Source: Mytilus trossulus
Lineage: Eukaryota
Direction: 5' to 3'
NCBI RefSeq assembly: GCF_036588685.1
Contig: NC_086378.1
Span: 5,394,001-5,458,000 of the forward strand
DNA: 64,000 nt
Numbering within the stretch: position 1 is the first letter of the stretch; every line of letters begins with the position of its first letter. Under the pieces are notes generated by a model, which was not told the DNA's origin, searched no databases, and worked only from the letters and a program-made list of their open reading frames with translations. Positions 26,201-40,410 of the stretch are shown in pieces. A program made the translations under genes and the position numbers.

Positions 26201-29200
26201 GCAGCGATGCTCAAACCCAAACATTTTAATCCAATGATGTAAAGATACTTGAATTTTTTTTTTTATATATATTTGATTTAAATGATTCTTAAAAAGCTTT
26301 AAACACCACAAGTAAATTTTGCCTGCATGAACTCTTAACCTATATTTCGTTATAAGATTCGGTATTGAATAAGCTATCTGTTCTCGGTAAATGATAAGAA
26401 CACTTAGTTGTTAAATAATGCACATTCATGAATCTTTGTTGCTGAATACGAAAGGATCATAGCGTACTACATTGTAATGAAACTCTGACTTGCTACCTTG
26501 ATCTATACATATTACCGTATAGCGGGTTATTTTCGCGGGGTGTAAATTTTCGCTTATTTTCGCGGATAGAACAAAATCGCCAAAATAAATTCCGCCAATT
26601 TAAAAGTGCACATGCAAAGGTAATGTTAAAAATGTTGAATCCGCCAAAATAAAAACCGCCAAAATTTTTCGTATACCTTATTCAATGAAAATCGCGAAAT
26701 TTTACACCCGCGAAAATAACCCGCTACACGGTATTAGATATATTGATGTAAATATACATATTTATTTTCAGGATAATCGTCAATAATCATCAGCATCTAC
26801 ATACTGTGAACTATTATCAATGTTTTGTAATAATCGAATATTCAGATGGAGTTTTAATATTGCAAACTGGAAGCGAAGATAAAAACAAGAAATTATAATT
26901 TAATATTTAAAGAACATGTGTGGCACGATTGAGCTACATTTTCATATCTCCTCTTCAATTGTCACACTTAACCAAACAAATGAAAGAAAAAACTGTTCAT
27001 TGAAAACTTGATTTAACTTGTACGCTTTTCCAATCAAAATAATTGCATTTCAACTACAAAATACTCATCATTGATAAAGTTCATTTGGGTCAAAATCTGA
27101 TTATGAGCAATAATACTAGAAAAATACTTTATATTATAAAGAAAAAAATAATAAGTATATACCTGTTCTTTATTATGTAAATTTATGACAGAACAATTCA
27201 TGTATGCTGTCTGGTCTTCTTTTTTCACAGTTGGTAAACTATTATCTACCTTTTCAAGTCCGACACAAAAAACTGAAAAGGGTAAATAAAAATAAAGACT
27301 GAAAGACTTTCTTTTTACAATGATCAAATATTTAATAGAGCACCCGAACAGTTGTATTTAGTGGCAATTGCATTTATTTTGTCATTGTATACTAATTTGG
27401 ATTTTGTCACATGACGAGTACACTACAACTCCAGCAAGCGTGCTAATAGTACTAAAACACAAAAAAGAGTGGAGATGGTCAAATATCAACTAGATCCACA
27501 CCAGAATTCTTAGACTTAACATAATAAAAAAAGTCAGTAGTATTATTTAAAAATCTCTTTTAGCTGCTAAACATTGATTTTACATATGGAGGAATATTAT
27601 TCGGTAAACTTAATTTTCTGTTATAACTTTACTGAACCATTGTCAGGGATGAACCAGTTATAAAAAGGTTCTTCTTAAAAAATGTTTTTTTATTAAAAGT
27701 ATAGATATCAAAGAGTAATTCGTACATCTGCTACTGATCACTCAAAGTTATGATTAACTATGCTTTTATAACATCGTCGGCGTATACTGACACTATCATT
27801 TTTTATCCATGAGAAAATTTGAGGTTCAAAAATGATCTTTAATGTCGTATCATATATTGGTACTAGAGTAATTTTATTCAAATACCGAGAAGCAATAAAT
27901 AAAACTCCTGCACACTCACTATCTAAAACAGTTATATAGATTCGTAACTTTGAGTTGAATTGCAATTTGTATGAATGTGGGAACAAGTGAACCACGAAAT
28001 TAAATGTTTACAAATCCTTTATTTCCCTTTACTTGTACGTAAACTTCGGTAAAGCCACGAAATTAAATATCTTCGAAAATGCAAGTTTTTCTTAATCCGC
28101 GAATATTGGTACCAGCAAAAATAATTTAATCGTCATTATTAACCAAACTACTACAATATGTTTAGATATGCCTATGCTTTATAAAAGGATAATTTCAACA
28201 ACTGGTCAACTGTAGAAATTTCCGTAGACAGTCATTACGAAATCGTACCCGTACATTACGAAATAACAGTCATGATTCATGAACAGATGAAACGGGACAT
28301 CGATTAAATCCAAATGTTGTTTATCTCTTTAAATAAGTGACAATTTCTTTAAAAAAAAATTCAACTTGATATCATAAAAAAAAGTTTAAATGAAATTCAG
28401 TTTTTTTGTAACGACTTGAAATGAAAATATGTCACAGCCTTTTCGAGTACGACTTTCGATAATTATAACTGTTTCACATCAGTTTATCAATCTTCAAAAC
28501 GCAGACTACTCAAATAGTAAGAATAGTTAAACTTTCTGATTTAATCTTCCAAGCTACTATATCTGCTAGATTAAATGAGTTGTAAAAGCATAAAATTACG
28601 TACTTTGAATTAAAATTCTTAGCCTTTGTTTAATTTAAGAAATAAAACCATTTGATAACATTGTTATGAACTGAATTTTCTGTATTTGTCCTGTATAGAT
28701 TCGTGGATAGCTAAATTTGGATCTGAGACTCAAAGAATGTATTTGAACGAAGTTGCCTTAGTCGGTTATTAAAAGTATCAATATATGGACATAATGGCCC
28801 TGTTACATGCCCTTGGTATTAAAAGTAGAATTAGATACTGTGAAAGTACTTTTATTCGTGGGGTACCAATTTTCGTGGTTTTCGTGGCTGACTTTAACCA
28901 CGAATTTAAGTGTCCAACGAAATAAAACAACCATTGTTCAAATCAAGTCATGGTAAGATCACCATCGGTAGGTTTGACTATTGATATGATCTAGAGAAAT
29001 ATTGAATAACGCCATATCTGCGAATACTTTGATAGCAGTCACAGAACTACAACCGCATGCAGGATTATACCCATTTAATCTTTAATAACCTAAACTGTAC
29101 AACGTTTGATCTTTTTATTCTCATAAAAAATATTTTTGATCGACGAAAGTCAGATTTCCGGTATTGATATGCCAGTATGATAAAGTGTTCATTTTATATC

Positions 29201-30791
29201 CTCATAGTTCTCGTACATATGGGAAATAATAATTTCATGCTGGGCTTGATTTTGATAAGATTTATTTGACAATTGAAGATACGTTTAAAGCATTTGTTTA
29301 TGTTACTGTTTTCTTTAGGTGACATGTTTATGGCCTAATTAACACCTTTGATGGTCTTTAATCTGTTCATCACAATCAAGACTATTTGTAACCTTCGTTT
29401 CTAAAGGCTTTAATTTTTCAATTATTTTTTTTTATTAGAAAACTAAAATCCACGAATTTAAAACCCCACGAACATGTTAATATTGATCAAACCACGAAAA
29501 TTGATACCCACGAATTAAAGTACTTTCACAGTAGTTGAAATGGCCTTTGGTTGTCTGCCTCAGGGTTATAACAACTAAACTTGGCCATTATTAATACCAA
29601 GTTCATGTTACATGGCCAAGATTGAAAGTTCTATACATAAATACTACAGTAATACTACTTTATGGCACTAATATCAAAATTAAGATCAGAGCATTAAAAG
29701 GTTAATCTCTTGAAAATTCCTGCAGAAACTAGTTAAAAATACGAAGGGGATACAAAACAGTAAGTGTTTAAAATTATCTTTAAATAAAGGCAACAGTAGC
29801 ATACCGCTGTTTGAAACGCATAAATCGATTGCGAAAAAACACATCCGGGTTACAAAACTAAAACTAAGGGAAACACATCAAATACAATTGGAGAACAAGG
29901 ACACAACAAAAACACAACCGTGAAATGTAAAAAACACAGAAACGAACTATAATATAACAATGGCCATTTTCCTAACTTAGTACAGAAAAAAATAAGAATA
30001 AATATTGATGGGTTGAATTTGGTTTTGTGGCGTGCCAAATCCCTATTTTAATGGCAGTGTTACATATGACATTAAAATGACAACAGAACATGACATGACT
30101 ACAATACAAATAAATTGGAGAATATATAGGACAGAGAAACTCACGAATAATAGCTAACAAAAGGTACCAGGTTTAGAATTTAATACGCCAGACTTGTGTT
30201 TTGTCCACACAAGACTAACGAGTGGCCCTCGGATGAAAAAAGGTCGAAAGCCAAAACAATTAAAGTTGAAGAACACTAAGGAACAAAAGTTCCAAAAGGT
30301 TGTGACAAATGTGGCTACGGTTTCCTGCTTGGGATAAGAACATCCTTATAATTTAGAGTAATTTATACTTTTGCAAACAGTAAAATTATATTAATAGTAA
30401 ATTTAGAAAAAAATATACATTATTAAGTAAACCGAGAAGTGCAGACTATTGGTAATATCCAAATAAAGTAATTTTCACAGCAATGGCATTGATCTAGTCC
30501 TTACATTTTGTCTTATCGGCGTTTTTAGGTGGGATAATTTTCTCCAATATTGTATAGGTTGTTCTTTTACTTCACTGTTTTCAAACTTTTGATTCTCTTT
30601 TTGTATCGTCTGCCTCTTTTTCCAAATTAGTTTTAGACACAATTGTTTAAAAATGATATTACGATTTAGAATTGTTTTGGTATTTTACCGCTATTATAAT
30701 AATTTGAAAATGTATGTAAAATTGTAAATAATAAATGCTTACCGATACATACCATCGATGAATAAACGGCGAAATATCTCACATTCGTCAT
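17226..30791 (-). CDS. Lachesin/IgLON-like cell-surface protein, 3 Ig domains, probable GPI anchor (copy A)
   Basis: Phase-consistent exons: 30791-30743 (signal peptide), 27272-27163 (TAYMNCSV), 25316-25058 (EAGNYTC), 23590-23433 (VTLVCEAYGYPLPNITW), 19846-19645 (DRGLFICSADN), 18768-18535 (DYRDYYCTALN), 17344-17226 (hydrophobic C-terminus, TGA). Confidence 0.88.
18160..18350 (-). mobile_element. Naiad-type 3' tail fragment
   Basis: Reverse match to about 60040-60240. Confidence 0.65.
20005..20205 (-). mobile_element. Naiad-type 3' tail fragment
   Basis: Reverse match to about 60100-60315. Confidence 0.7.
23918..23961 (+). ncRNA. Minimal type I hammerhead ribozyme motif in a retrozyme fragment (about 23790-24000)
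   Basis: CUGAUGA-GUC-uuuugua-GAC-GAAAC-GCGC-GUC; core intact, stem I weakened. Confidence 0.75.
25978..26138. mobile_element. Small palindromic MITE
   Basis: Inverted arms ggggcttgaat...ttttaccacgggttg / caacccgtggtaaaa...attcaagcccc. Confidence 0.75.
26515..26731. mobile_element. MITE, same family as 7095-7311, opposite orientation
   Basis: Same TIRs and TA flanks. Confidence 0.9.
28838..29531. mobile_element. MITE with TA target duplication
   Basis: TIR ctgtgaaagtactttt.attcgtggg / cccacgaattaaagtactttcacag, flanked by TA. Confidence 0.88.
30160..30500 (-). repeat. Degenerate retrozyme unit
   Basis: Reverse similarity to the 356-nt family; hammerhead core mutated (about 30185-30230). 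Confidence 0.6.
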
Positions 30792-32969
30792 CTCTGTCAT
30801 CAATACTTTAAGTAACAAACTTCAAATTTAGTTAAATCCTGTTTCATGTAACAGGTAAACAACATTTGGTTCAAATGTCAAAGTTGAACAATAATAATAC
30901 GACATGAATGTAAACACGTTTTGGCTTCAATGATTTTAATGTATAAATTGATCTTTACCACACAGGCGATTGTTTCGTTAATATGCGTTCCAAGCCAGAA
31001 AAGTTATTTTGTGTTGTATGCACTCCTGGTACTCTATTTTGGTAAACATAGATATTTTCGATTCATTGTTATGAGCAATCAATGTGGTCCGGTTTTCCCA
31101 ATCCAGGTGAGTAACCCATCCGTGAATCATAGTAGTCATTATATTTCATAACTATCTAATTCTTTTCTAGGTTAAACTACAGGATAGATCTATCGGTGTG
31201 GTATTTCCGGAATCATAATATAAAATAAAATTCTGCCCATCAGTAATTCTTTTTGCTTAATCTACCTAGCAAAGGCTAATGTTTTTCTGCAAACTTGTGT
31301 ATTCTTGTTCACATATCGATTTCAATATAATATAATTTGATGCAACTTTCATATAAGTGAGAAGTTTAGCTTGATTTAACACTATGTTCATCCGGGGGAA
31401 ACATTGATCAGCGTATGTAATACATATATATTTTCAAATACTTCATTAAAAAACAATTACACTGTAAAGAAAATACTTGGTTGATAGTATATGATCTATC
31501 TATACGAAAAATAAAAAAAAGCTAACTAATGCGCATCTGGGACAAGAAAATTGGTACCGTTAATTTTATTTTTATTATATTGACTTGATTAAATTTTCCA
31601 AGAGCATTAAAAACTTCATTGTCTTCACAGCTTGATAAATACCTAATTGTTTGATGATTGTTTAAAAGAGAAAAATAAGGTATTTACACATGGAGTCAAA
31701 AAATTGATTTCATTTTTTCAACACTGCCTGTGGAGCATTTGTTACAAATTCTTTCATTTTGTGGAATATAAAAAAAACAATCAACTTATTGTAAAGTATA
31801 TCAGCAGATATACGTAATTTACAAATAGATCTAAAATAACAGTTCTTTACCAATTGCAAATTTATAATTTTGATGGCCAATTCGCTTTTTTTGAAGGAGT
31901 AGATTCAGTAAGAACCCTTTTTTGCCCAAAAATATAGCAGTTTTACGAAATTATGAAAATGTTATCTTTAAGCTTTTTATTGGCAAGTAAAATGCTTCAG
32001 ATACACAAATATGGACTGTTTAAGACAATACAATGCACATATATCGGGTACTAGCATCATTAAGTCATGCAAAATTAGTGAAATCTTTACCATTTTAGCA
32101 TTTTAGTGAAATTTATACGGTTTCAGTCTCAAATGACAGTGACCGCATTCGTGTTAATTGATGATATGAAATATTAGTTGTATTCGTTGATTATACATAA
32201 CAGATATACATAAAGGTTGAGGATGGACACGGATACGGCCACTTTGACAAAAATGACGATTTTTTTCATATTTGATAGATTTTTCATATTTAAACTTGAA
32301 ACTAATCGTTTTTAATGACTTAATTAGTCAAAATATTTCACATAAACTAATGAATTCAATTTAGTACGGTGACCGAGTAAGTCGCTTATTTAAGAAGTTT
32401 AATTGTCGTCCGAACTATACGGCTATAAATTATAGTATTGGTAGTTCAAATATTAAACTTAAGATTTTGACTTGTCGTCAAAAAATCGTACGGAGTTATT
32501 TTCGTAAAATGGGCTTTGAAGTACGTTAGTTTACTTAAACAAAAAATCGACTGAGAAAAGTTTTGAGGTCAACATATAATAACATCCGTGACATGATTTC
32601 TGTTATTATATACATTGTTGTTACACCTTATTAATGTTATTTTAACGATTTCGAATAAATTTTAGCAAAATTAATTCGTTATTAAAGAGTTTTTGTAAAA
32701 GTTTTACACTACGAATACTTTGCATTTGAAAGAGTACGTTCTAATTTAATTTCATAATTCTTTTAACGCAGAATGTAAAAAAATTAACATTTAAATGATA
32801 TTTCAAATATTTGTACCTTTATTAATCAATAATATCAAATTCATTTGTCTCTGAAGCACTATTGCAGCAATTCAAACAAGACAAAATTCATAACACTCAT
32901 ATGACGGAGCTATTCGAGGATCATATACAGCATCTTATAGATACATATACGCAGTTGGGATGTGATGTA

Positions 32970-33535
32970 TTACTACATTTGCATACTGGGATATGTTCCT
33001 TGAAACAGTAGACATTTAGCTGTCAAATGTAAGAGCAGAACGAGAGGGAATTTGGTCTCTTCCTTGAGATCGTAATCACAAATGTAACATTATGTTTTTG
33101 TAACCAACCGTACCGCACGAAGGTGGATACTCGATATGATTCAATTTTCCGAGAACATGCGATCACCTTTTATAGATGGCTACTTTGCTTTTTAGACAGA
33201 TTTTTGGACATTTTGACAGTACTATGAAATGGCAACAGAAAAGACCGTTATAAAAGCCTCAAGGGGATTAGGTGGCACTGTAGGCATAGCAAATCAAAAG
33301 TCTCTGCTTGTTAGATAAACCCTTACTAGACATTTCATAAAATCCATTAGTCGTGTAATGCTGAAAAGGGATTGAATTGCTGCAAATTATGCAAATTCAC
33401 AAGAAGAAACAAAGTCAACAGCAATGAAAAGAGATGAAGAACATGTTATTGCCAATGTGAACCATCTAAATAATCCATGACTGATCCCTTTGGTTTGGAA
33501 TCCCACCCTCAGTGTCTTATCAATATCTCTTCTTA
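32970..33535 (+). mobile_element. Academ-like DNA transposase relic
   Basis: Pseudo-translation TFAYWDMFLETVDI*LSNVRAEREGIWSL...FIDGYFAFRQ...MATEKTVIKASRGLGGTVGI...LTRH...MTDPF; superfamily assignment from motif recall. Confidence 0.6.
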
Positions 33536-34559
33536 AATGCATGCTTCAAGACATAATCGAGGTTCTTTGCTCACAGTTGTCGAGGAAGGCGTGAACATGT
33601 CTAAACATTTTATTACTAGTGCTCTTTCTTAAGATCAAAAGGAGTTTGTATAGTCCAATATCAAAGTCAAACACAAACCTTAAATATAAATCGGGGGAAA
33701 TACTTTCAGGTCGCATACATCCATAACTTGTCATTAAACGTGCACTGATTTTGGCAAAATGTAGAGATGATGTTATCATAGAACATGTGTTGTCGAACCC
33801 ATTCCATTATCCCCTTTTCAAAATGACGGCACCATGAGAAAATCATGCAAATCGGATTTTGTGAAGCAATTCGAATCTTAAGTCTCTTGTGCACTTTCCC
33901 TATCTTCCTTTTTACCATCACTCACAACTTACATAAGAGATGGTATGGCATGGTTCAATTTATTAATGCTAAAAAAGGTAAAACATACGGCGAATTTGCA
34001 GCTTACTATTAAAAAATATGCCCCAATGAATTTATATGGCGCACATAGAAGCAAATGTTTTGATCGCTACGACACGAACAACTCTATAAAGTCTACCGAA
34101 AGGGAACACCGCACAGAGACTACATGCAGCTTCCATCAAAGTGCATCAGATTATAGAGCGGAGAAGTATTCCTGACTGGAAAACTTTGACAAATCCCATA
34201 AGATTCCACTTGATGTGAGCTTTATATAGTCAGAACGTTTGTTTTTTTTCCGAAATTGTCAAAGTTATTTATACCAACACTGTGTACTATTGTTTCACTG
34301 TTTGTCTTTTTTCATTTTACGCTATGGCTTTTTCAGTTTATTTAGAACTTTGGAACTGATTCTTTATAAGCTAGCTATTGGGTACCTTAAATAAAACACA
34401 ATTATCCAGTTACAGAATAAAGGATGAGCACACTTGTTTATAAACTGGATATGAGAAATTTAGTCATTGTTTTAAATATGATTTTACTGGATAGAGGATA
34501 TATCAAATTATGTCAGGGAATAATTGATTTTAACATGCAGAAATTCAGGATATGTTTAT

Positions 34560-34768
34560 GTTTAAACATATTTATCTATAGTGGATTGGGAAACAAGTTT
34601 TGCAACTTATATTAATCCCTTTCCACTTTGCGGGTGTGAGTACTGCCTTGTAGCGGCATAAGCCTACTCTTTTTCGAAATCGACAAGGGTGTCTTTAACG
34701 TGCAAGAGATATGACTCTCTCTTAACACGGGTCAGCCATTTATCGTCCCCGTCCGACGGACTATCATC
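34560..34768 (-). mobile_element. SINE fragment with Deu/Nin-like domain
   Basis: Minus strand CCGTCGGACGGGGACGATAAATGG...GCACGTTAAAGACACCC...AAGAGTAGG. Confidence 0.55.
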
Positions 34769-37629
34769 AGGATTCAGGATAAAGGGCATTCTAATAGCCA
34801 AAATTCAATGGAAAAAACTACTTATTAATTAAATTTATACACACAACACATGAAAAAGACACAAATATATTAAACTGAAAAAAAGATATGAGATGGATAA
34901 ACCAATCTCATCTTGGAGATTCGAGACATTAGCAGTATGTGTCTTCTAAATAACTACAAATACTTCATGATAAATAATAAATGCTCAAAGTTAATCTGTC
35001 CATATATAACATGGCGCACCAATGTACACACAAGTTACACGAACAGTATAATAATACAGATGATTACAACATGTAGAAATTAATCAATAAAAAATGCAAA
35101 GGAAAATTATAAACATAAAATCATTTTTTTAGAAATATAATAAGGTGCTTCCTTAACGGTCATTAAACTTCCATTGATATCTTGTTATGCTTGTAGTTTT
35201 TTCTGTAGTATTACATCAAAACAGTCTGCCCTTAATTTGTATTACTTCATTTACCTTTAGAAAGTTTATCAATTTTTTTTTTAGATTTCTTCAAAATTGC
35301 ACAAGATATCCTTTTATATCCCTAGATTACATATAAAATGCATTTTTCTCTATAAGAACACATATCAGTCGGTACTGTTTCTAATATTTTGATGAATGTG
35401 TTATTCATATTGAAAAAGCCATCCCCGTTTTTTTTCTTTATCTTATTTATAACATCTGTTTCATAATTTCAACAGAAAAAAATAATTTAACATTTGTACC
35501 ATAATGGTTACTTTTCAATATTGTTGTAATTAGAGCAGATGTTATTTCCCTTTAATGCCATGTTTGCGAGTAATGATAAACAAATCGTTTTATAAATTTC
35601 TTTTTCACTGCCTCCTAGACTACGAAAACGATGATTTAATTTTTTTATGATATAGTAATGATCTAAAATCAGAATAGCTTGTTCTAGTGATATGGTCACT
35701 GAATGAAGTAAAATCTACCAGTTTGTATTCCAACATAACCGCCAACTTGACTACCTCCAATTTTAATTATGTCAATAAAAACTGATATTGCATGGAAATT
35801 ACTTTAAATTATGTTGCCTTTTTCAAAAAAATTACTTATTTTATGGTGGCTGACAAAAGAGTAAAACATTCACAAGAGTCCTGTTCCAAATCTCGTTTTG
35901 AAATTTTCCTTTTTTTTTTGTTATATGCTGTCAAAGATAGTACTGGTTCTTTAAAAAGATTATAATCAATAATCAAAGGGAGATAACTAAACAAATAATA
36001 TATGGCACACATTTAATGAATATATACATGTCTTTTAAAAAACTTCAATGTTGTTATTTTTTTTCAAGTATTTTACATGGAATAATTAGTGAAGAAGATT
36101 TTAAACAAACGTTCATCTTTGAAAGTAACTTGTTGATGATGAAGCTTATGATGAGTCCAAACATAATTGTGACCCTGGAAACTTGGTATGTAGATGGCGC
36201 TTTCCAATCATCAACAGTGTCCTACATGAAAAATGAGAATTAAGTTTGAAGCTGAATCTAATTATTTCATTTTTCTTTTCATTATATCATTGAATATTTT
36301 TTCTGAAAATTGTGACGAACAAAATTTGCAAGATGAGTGTTTTTGTACATTGTTTAATCAAATAAAATAAATAGACAGATAAAGATCCAAATTGTTGTCG
36401 TGTAAGGGCGAATTATAAATGTCTTGCCAGAGCATAAAATCAGTATGCTTACAAACAAAGCTCTTGTTATAATTGCAAAAATATTAATGCAGTAAAGACA
36501 AATTAATTCCTCATTCAGTAATCTATTTGGTGTTAAATTGTTAGAGAAATTCAAATAAAATGCGAATGGAAATAGGGAATGTGTCAAAGACACAACAAAA
36601 CGATCAAAGAAGTCTGGAAAAGCTTTATCTTTATCATAAGTTTGGCAGATAAAACTATAAAATATACATTACATGTAACCGAAGAATCTTTTGTCTTCTC
36701 ATATTTTGGTTGAAACATTATTTTCCATCACTTTCAAACATTCAAACAATTTAAAGTTGAAATAAGTCTCCACCGAAATGTGCAAATTTCGGTTTCTCTT
36801 TAAACTTATATTTTTTAAAGAATGAAAACCATTAAAATTTCTTTAAATCCATATCATTTGGACTCTGTTATAAAGTTGCATTGTTGCAAATCATACATGC
36901 ACCAATTGTCGCTTCATAAATGTCATTACTTTTTTATTTGATAAAATATTACAATGTTTAGTCTATTAAGTATATATGTATATAGATATATGAGTGCCTA
37001 TAAATAGCAGCACATGACATACAAATGTATATAGATATATGTATATAGATATATAGATTTGTGTGTATGTTTCATTGTATTGGTTGAAAAAAGTTCCAAT
37101 CATTATCATGGCAAACCTTAATCACATAGAATACTTACTTTTCACAGTTAAAACACCAAACTTTTGTGGCCATTCATCGTAATTCTGATTTGGTAGATAG
37201 ATCTGACAGGTATAATTTCCTGCATCTGTCTCCGTTAATGATCGAATAATCAGTTGGTACATTAAACGATTGGTATTTCCGTATTTCACCACATCATATT
37301 TCTTTTGTTCTTCTTCCGTTAACACCCATATAGCACAACCACAGATAATAATCATACTAATAAATAACAAAAAATAGTAAAGTGCAATACCACACGACAG
37401 AGCCGAGGGCTGGTTTAATAACAACCATTAAATGATATTTATTGTATACAAATTTCGAATCAGTACGAAAAGTCATCATTTATATAGATATATATACAAC
37501 TCGTCTAAACATCAACCAAATTAGATCTATAAATTTGCTTCCGCAAATTCTTGTTCTTCCCTCGCCGGGATACGAACCTATGCTACTGAGATATCGCGAC
37601 ACCAAATCGCCTGCACTCTAGCCTTCTCG

Positions 37630-37658
<29 letters not shown>

Positions 37659-37660
<2 letters not shown>

Positions 37661-38147
37661 ACTCGTCTAAACATCAACCCAACAATGTTAGATCTGTAAA
37701 TTTGCTTTCGCAAATTTTTGGTTCTTCCCTCGCCGGGATTCGAACCCATGCTACTGTGATATCGTGACACCAAATCGCCTGCACTGCAGCCGTCCCGCTA
37801 GACCACACGACCACCTGGGCTCTCAATAAAAGAGCTTTCGGTGGCCATATGTTACCTTTCCACGTCAGTTTTAATCTAGCGGCGTACTGCAGTACATGAT
37901 ATATAAGGCATGAAGATGTTATTGTTACAGATCAGCTAAATTATCTATAGTAAAGGATCCTACAAATTAATGTAAGATACAGTCACAGAAAATAATTATA
38001 TTCATAAGTACGTCTGAGTCAGTGACAACCCTACAACAGATGTATCCATCGGATCGCCATCAATGATGGTGATACATGGCTGTGTACATAATGTATATAC
38101 AACTCGTCTAAACATCAACCCAACAATGTTAGATCTGTAAATTTGCT
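37659..38147 (-). mobile_element. tRNA-related SINE-like element with 48-bp terminal direct repeats, inserted in (TA)n
   Basis: A-box-like TGGTCGTGTGG (37813-37803), B box GGTTCGAATCC (37746-37736); repeats 37659-37706 and 38100-38147; truncated sister copy 37497-37633. Confidence 0.7.
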
Positions 38148-39699
38148 GTATATATATATGTATTAGTATTTCAATACACACAAACATTTGTAAACAATCG
38201 ATCTCTTAATGCATGATACAAACTAATATCAAATAGCATGGATGTAAAAATTAACGTGACCTATCGAGTAGACCCTGTCGTGCCGAATGATTTAACCGCC
38301 AAATCACACAAACCACTTAACCTAAACGCCACCTATATGGGCAGACAATTCAGAAGAAAATAATTTCATTCTAATTCATAAAATCAACCGACTGAAATTA
38401 TATTTCTTCTTCCGTTAACACCCATATAGCACAACCACAGATAATAATCATACTAATAAATAACAAAAAATAGTAAAGTGCAATACCACACGACAGAGCC
38501 GAGGGCCGAAAACACAAAGAACGGGAAAATTTAAAAAAGGTGATCTATATCATGTAATAAAGATCTGAAAATAATGCTAGAAATTATCCAAAGAATCCTT
38601 CACGATAATATCGTTTACCGTTTCGGAACACCATCTACCGTGTGTCTATAAACTTAAAACCTAAATTAGCACAAGCACCTTCAGACCTAAAACTGTGAAA
38701 CCCATAACACTTAATCTCAAGAACATACGACAGAACACTTCAATAAAGAGCTCGCGCATCCTATATGACACTGGCGTATTCTTTTACGTAAAACATCAAC
38801 ATCTAAACATTTGGAAAAAATCCAAACAAAAAGTAGAATAAAATAAATAAATAAGTAACCCCATCAAAATAGCTAGAAAAATCAGCCCAATGCAGAAATA
38901 AATCAAATGTTTCACCGACACTTATACGAATGACACTGAATCGACTTCTCTCAATCTGTATACGCTTGTTTTGAAACGTTAAATGACAATAGACATATAA
39001 TGATCTAAAATAACTTAAAATAATCACTTCGTCGAATAGATAGCAACTCAACTCGCAAAAGCACTGAAACACGTACAAATATCAAATACGCTGATTATAC
39101 AAGTCACCAAAAGAAAACATAACAACCCACATTACATGCAGTAATTCTAACGAAACAGGCTCCTTTATATTCGTAGGAGTAGGCAAGCTACGCCTCACAT
39201 CTTCTAGTAGGTTAATTACTAAAGACGAATTCGTCGGTAAACATGATGATCCAATAAGAGAATGTATCCTATGTAAAGAGTAAAACGGTTGTTCAACTGG
39301 ACTAACAGTATTTCTCGAATGTGTCAATACAGCTAAATATAAACCAACGTAATAAGCTTTTGCTGGTACAGTCTAACCATTTTCAATTCTGTTTGATGCA
39401 GCCCAATTATTCCAGCGTAAAATACTCAGATAATATCCTTTATAGTCGAAACTGCTAAGATTCCTACATAAGTTCTGAGAGAAAATTCACTTTGCTAACT
39501 AGTGAAGCAGGTTAATTCTGCAATTCTTCCGGTGAGTGCCTGCAAAAATATATTTGTAATTAAAAAATAAAACATAACTAATAAAAGCAATCTAAAACTA
39601 TCAGCTAAGTACTATGCATCTAATTATCCACAAAATTCATATGAAATCTCAAATCCAAAACTGATGAGATTCAAATCTAGTAAAGCTAGTAATCTATAC

Positions 39700-40410
39700 C
39701 AAGAGATCAAGAGAGATCTATCATATACATGCAAGAGATCAAGAGAGATCTATCATATACATGCAAGAGATCAAGAGAGATCTATCATATACATGCTCAC
39801 ATCAAAGTGATAGTATATACATGCTCACATCAAAGTGATCTATAATACATGCTCACATCAAAGTGATAAATGACTGGATGAAAAATCCATCAGTAATGCT
39901 ATTAAATATGCAAATGTTAAATCAACATTGCCAAATATGGTCTTTTTACTCTACCAGCTATATAAGCATGTCTGTAAGTAGAAAGATCCATAAAATTTGT
40001 CACTTCAGAAAAGAAACCATCACCATATAGAAAAACCATCACCATATAGAAAAACCATCACCATATAGAAAAAGCTTTAGCCAAAAAACCAGCAGAGAGC
40101 CAGTATAGAGTAAAAGTTTAATTTTCACTGTCGAAAATACATTAATTCTTGTGGGAACAAAGAAATAGGTGAAACGAATAACCCCTTAATCCCTCGCCAA
40201 TCAACCGTGAAAGCGTCAATACCTGACGAATTCACTTTCCAAAATCTGGAATAAAAACTATTAATTTAAAAATTGTCACCTGAGGTAAACTAGTCAACCT
40301 CATGAGGTCCCCTAAGGGATTCAACTATCTGAAATACAAATTCAGAATTAGCCTGTAGCCAATCATCAACTATCTGAAATACAAATTCAGAATTAGCCTG
40401 TAGTCAATCA
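39700..40410. repeat. Short tandem duplications inside the YR element
   Basis: 32-bp x3 (caagagatcaagagagatctatcatatacatg), atacatgctcacatcaaagtgat x3, 19-bp x3 (about 40013-40072), 44-bp x2 (about 40320-40410). Confidence 0.85.

Noticed and set aside
37720-37825. Functional tRNA gene
   Set aside because: A/B boxes are present, but acceptor and anticodon stems do not pair; embedded in a repeat.
39700-40410. CRISPR-like array
   Set aside because: Head-to-tail duplications without unique spacers, in eukaryotic DNA.
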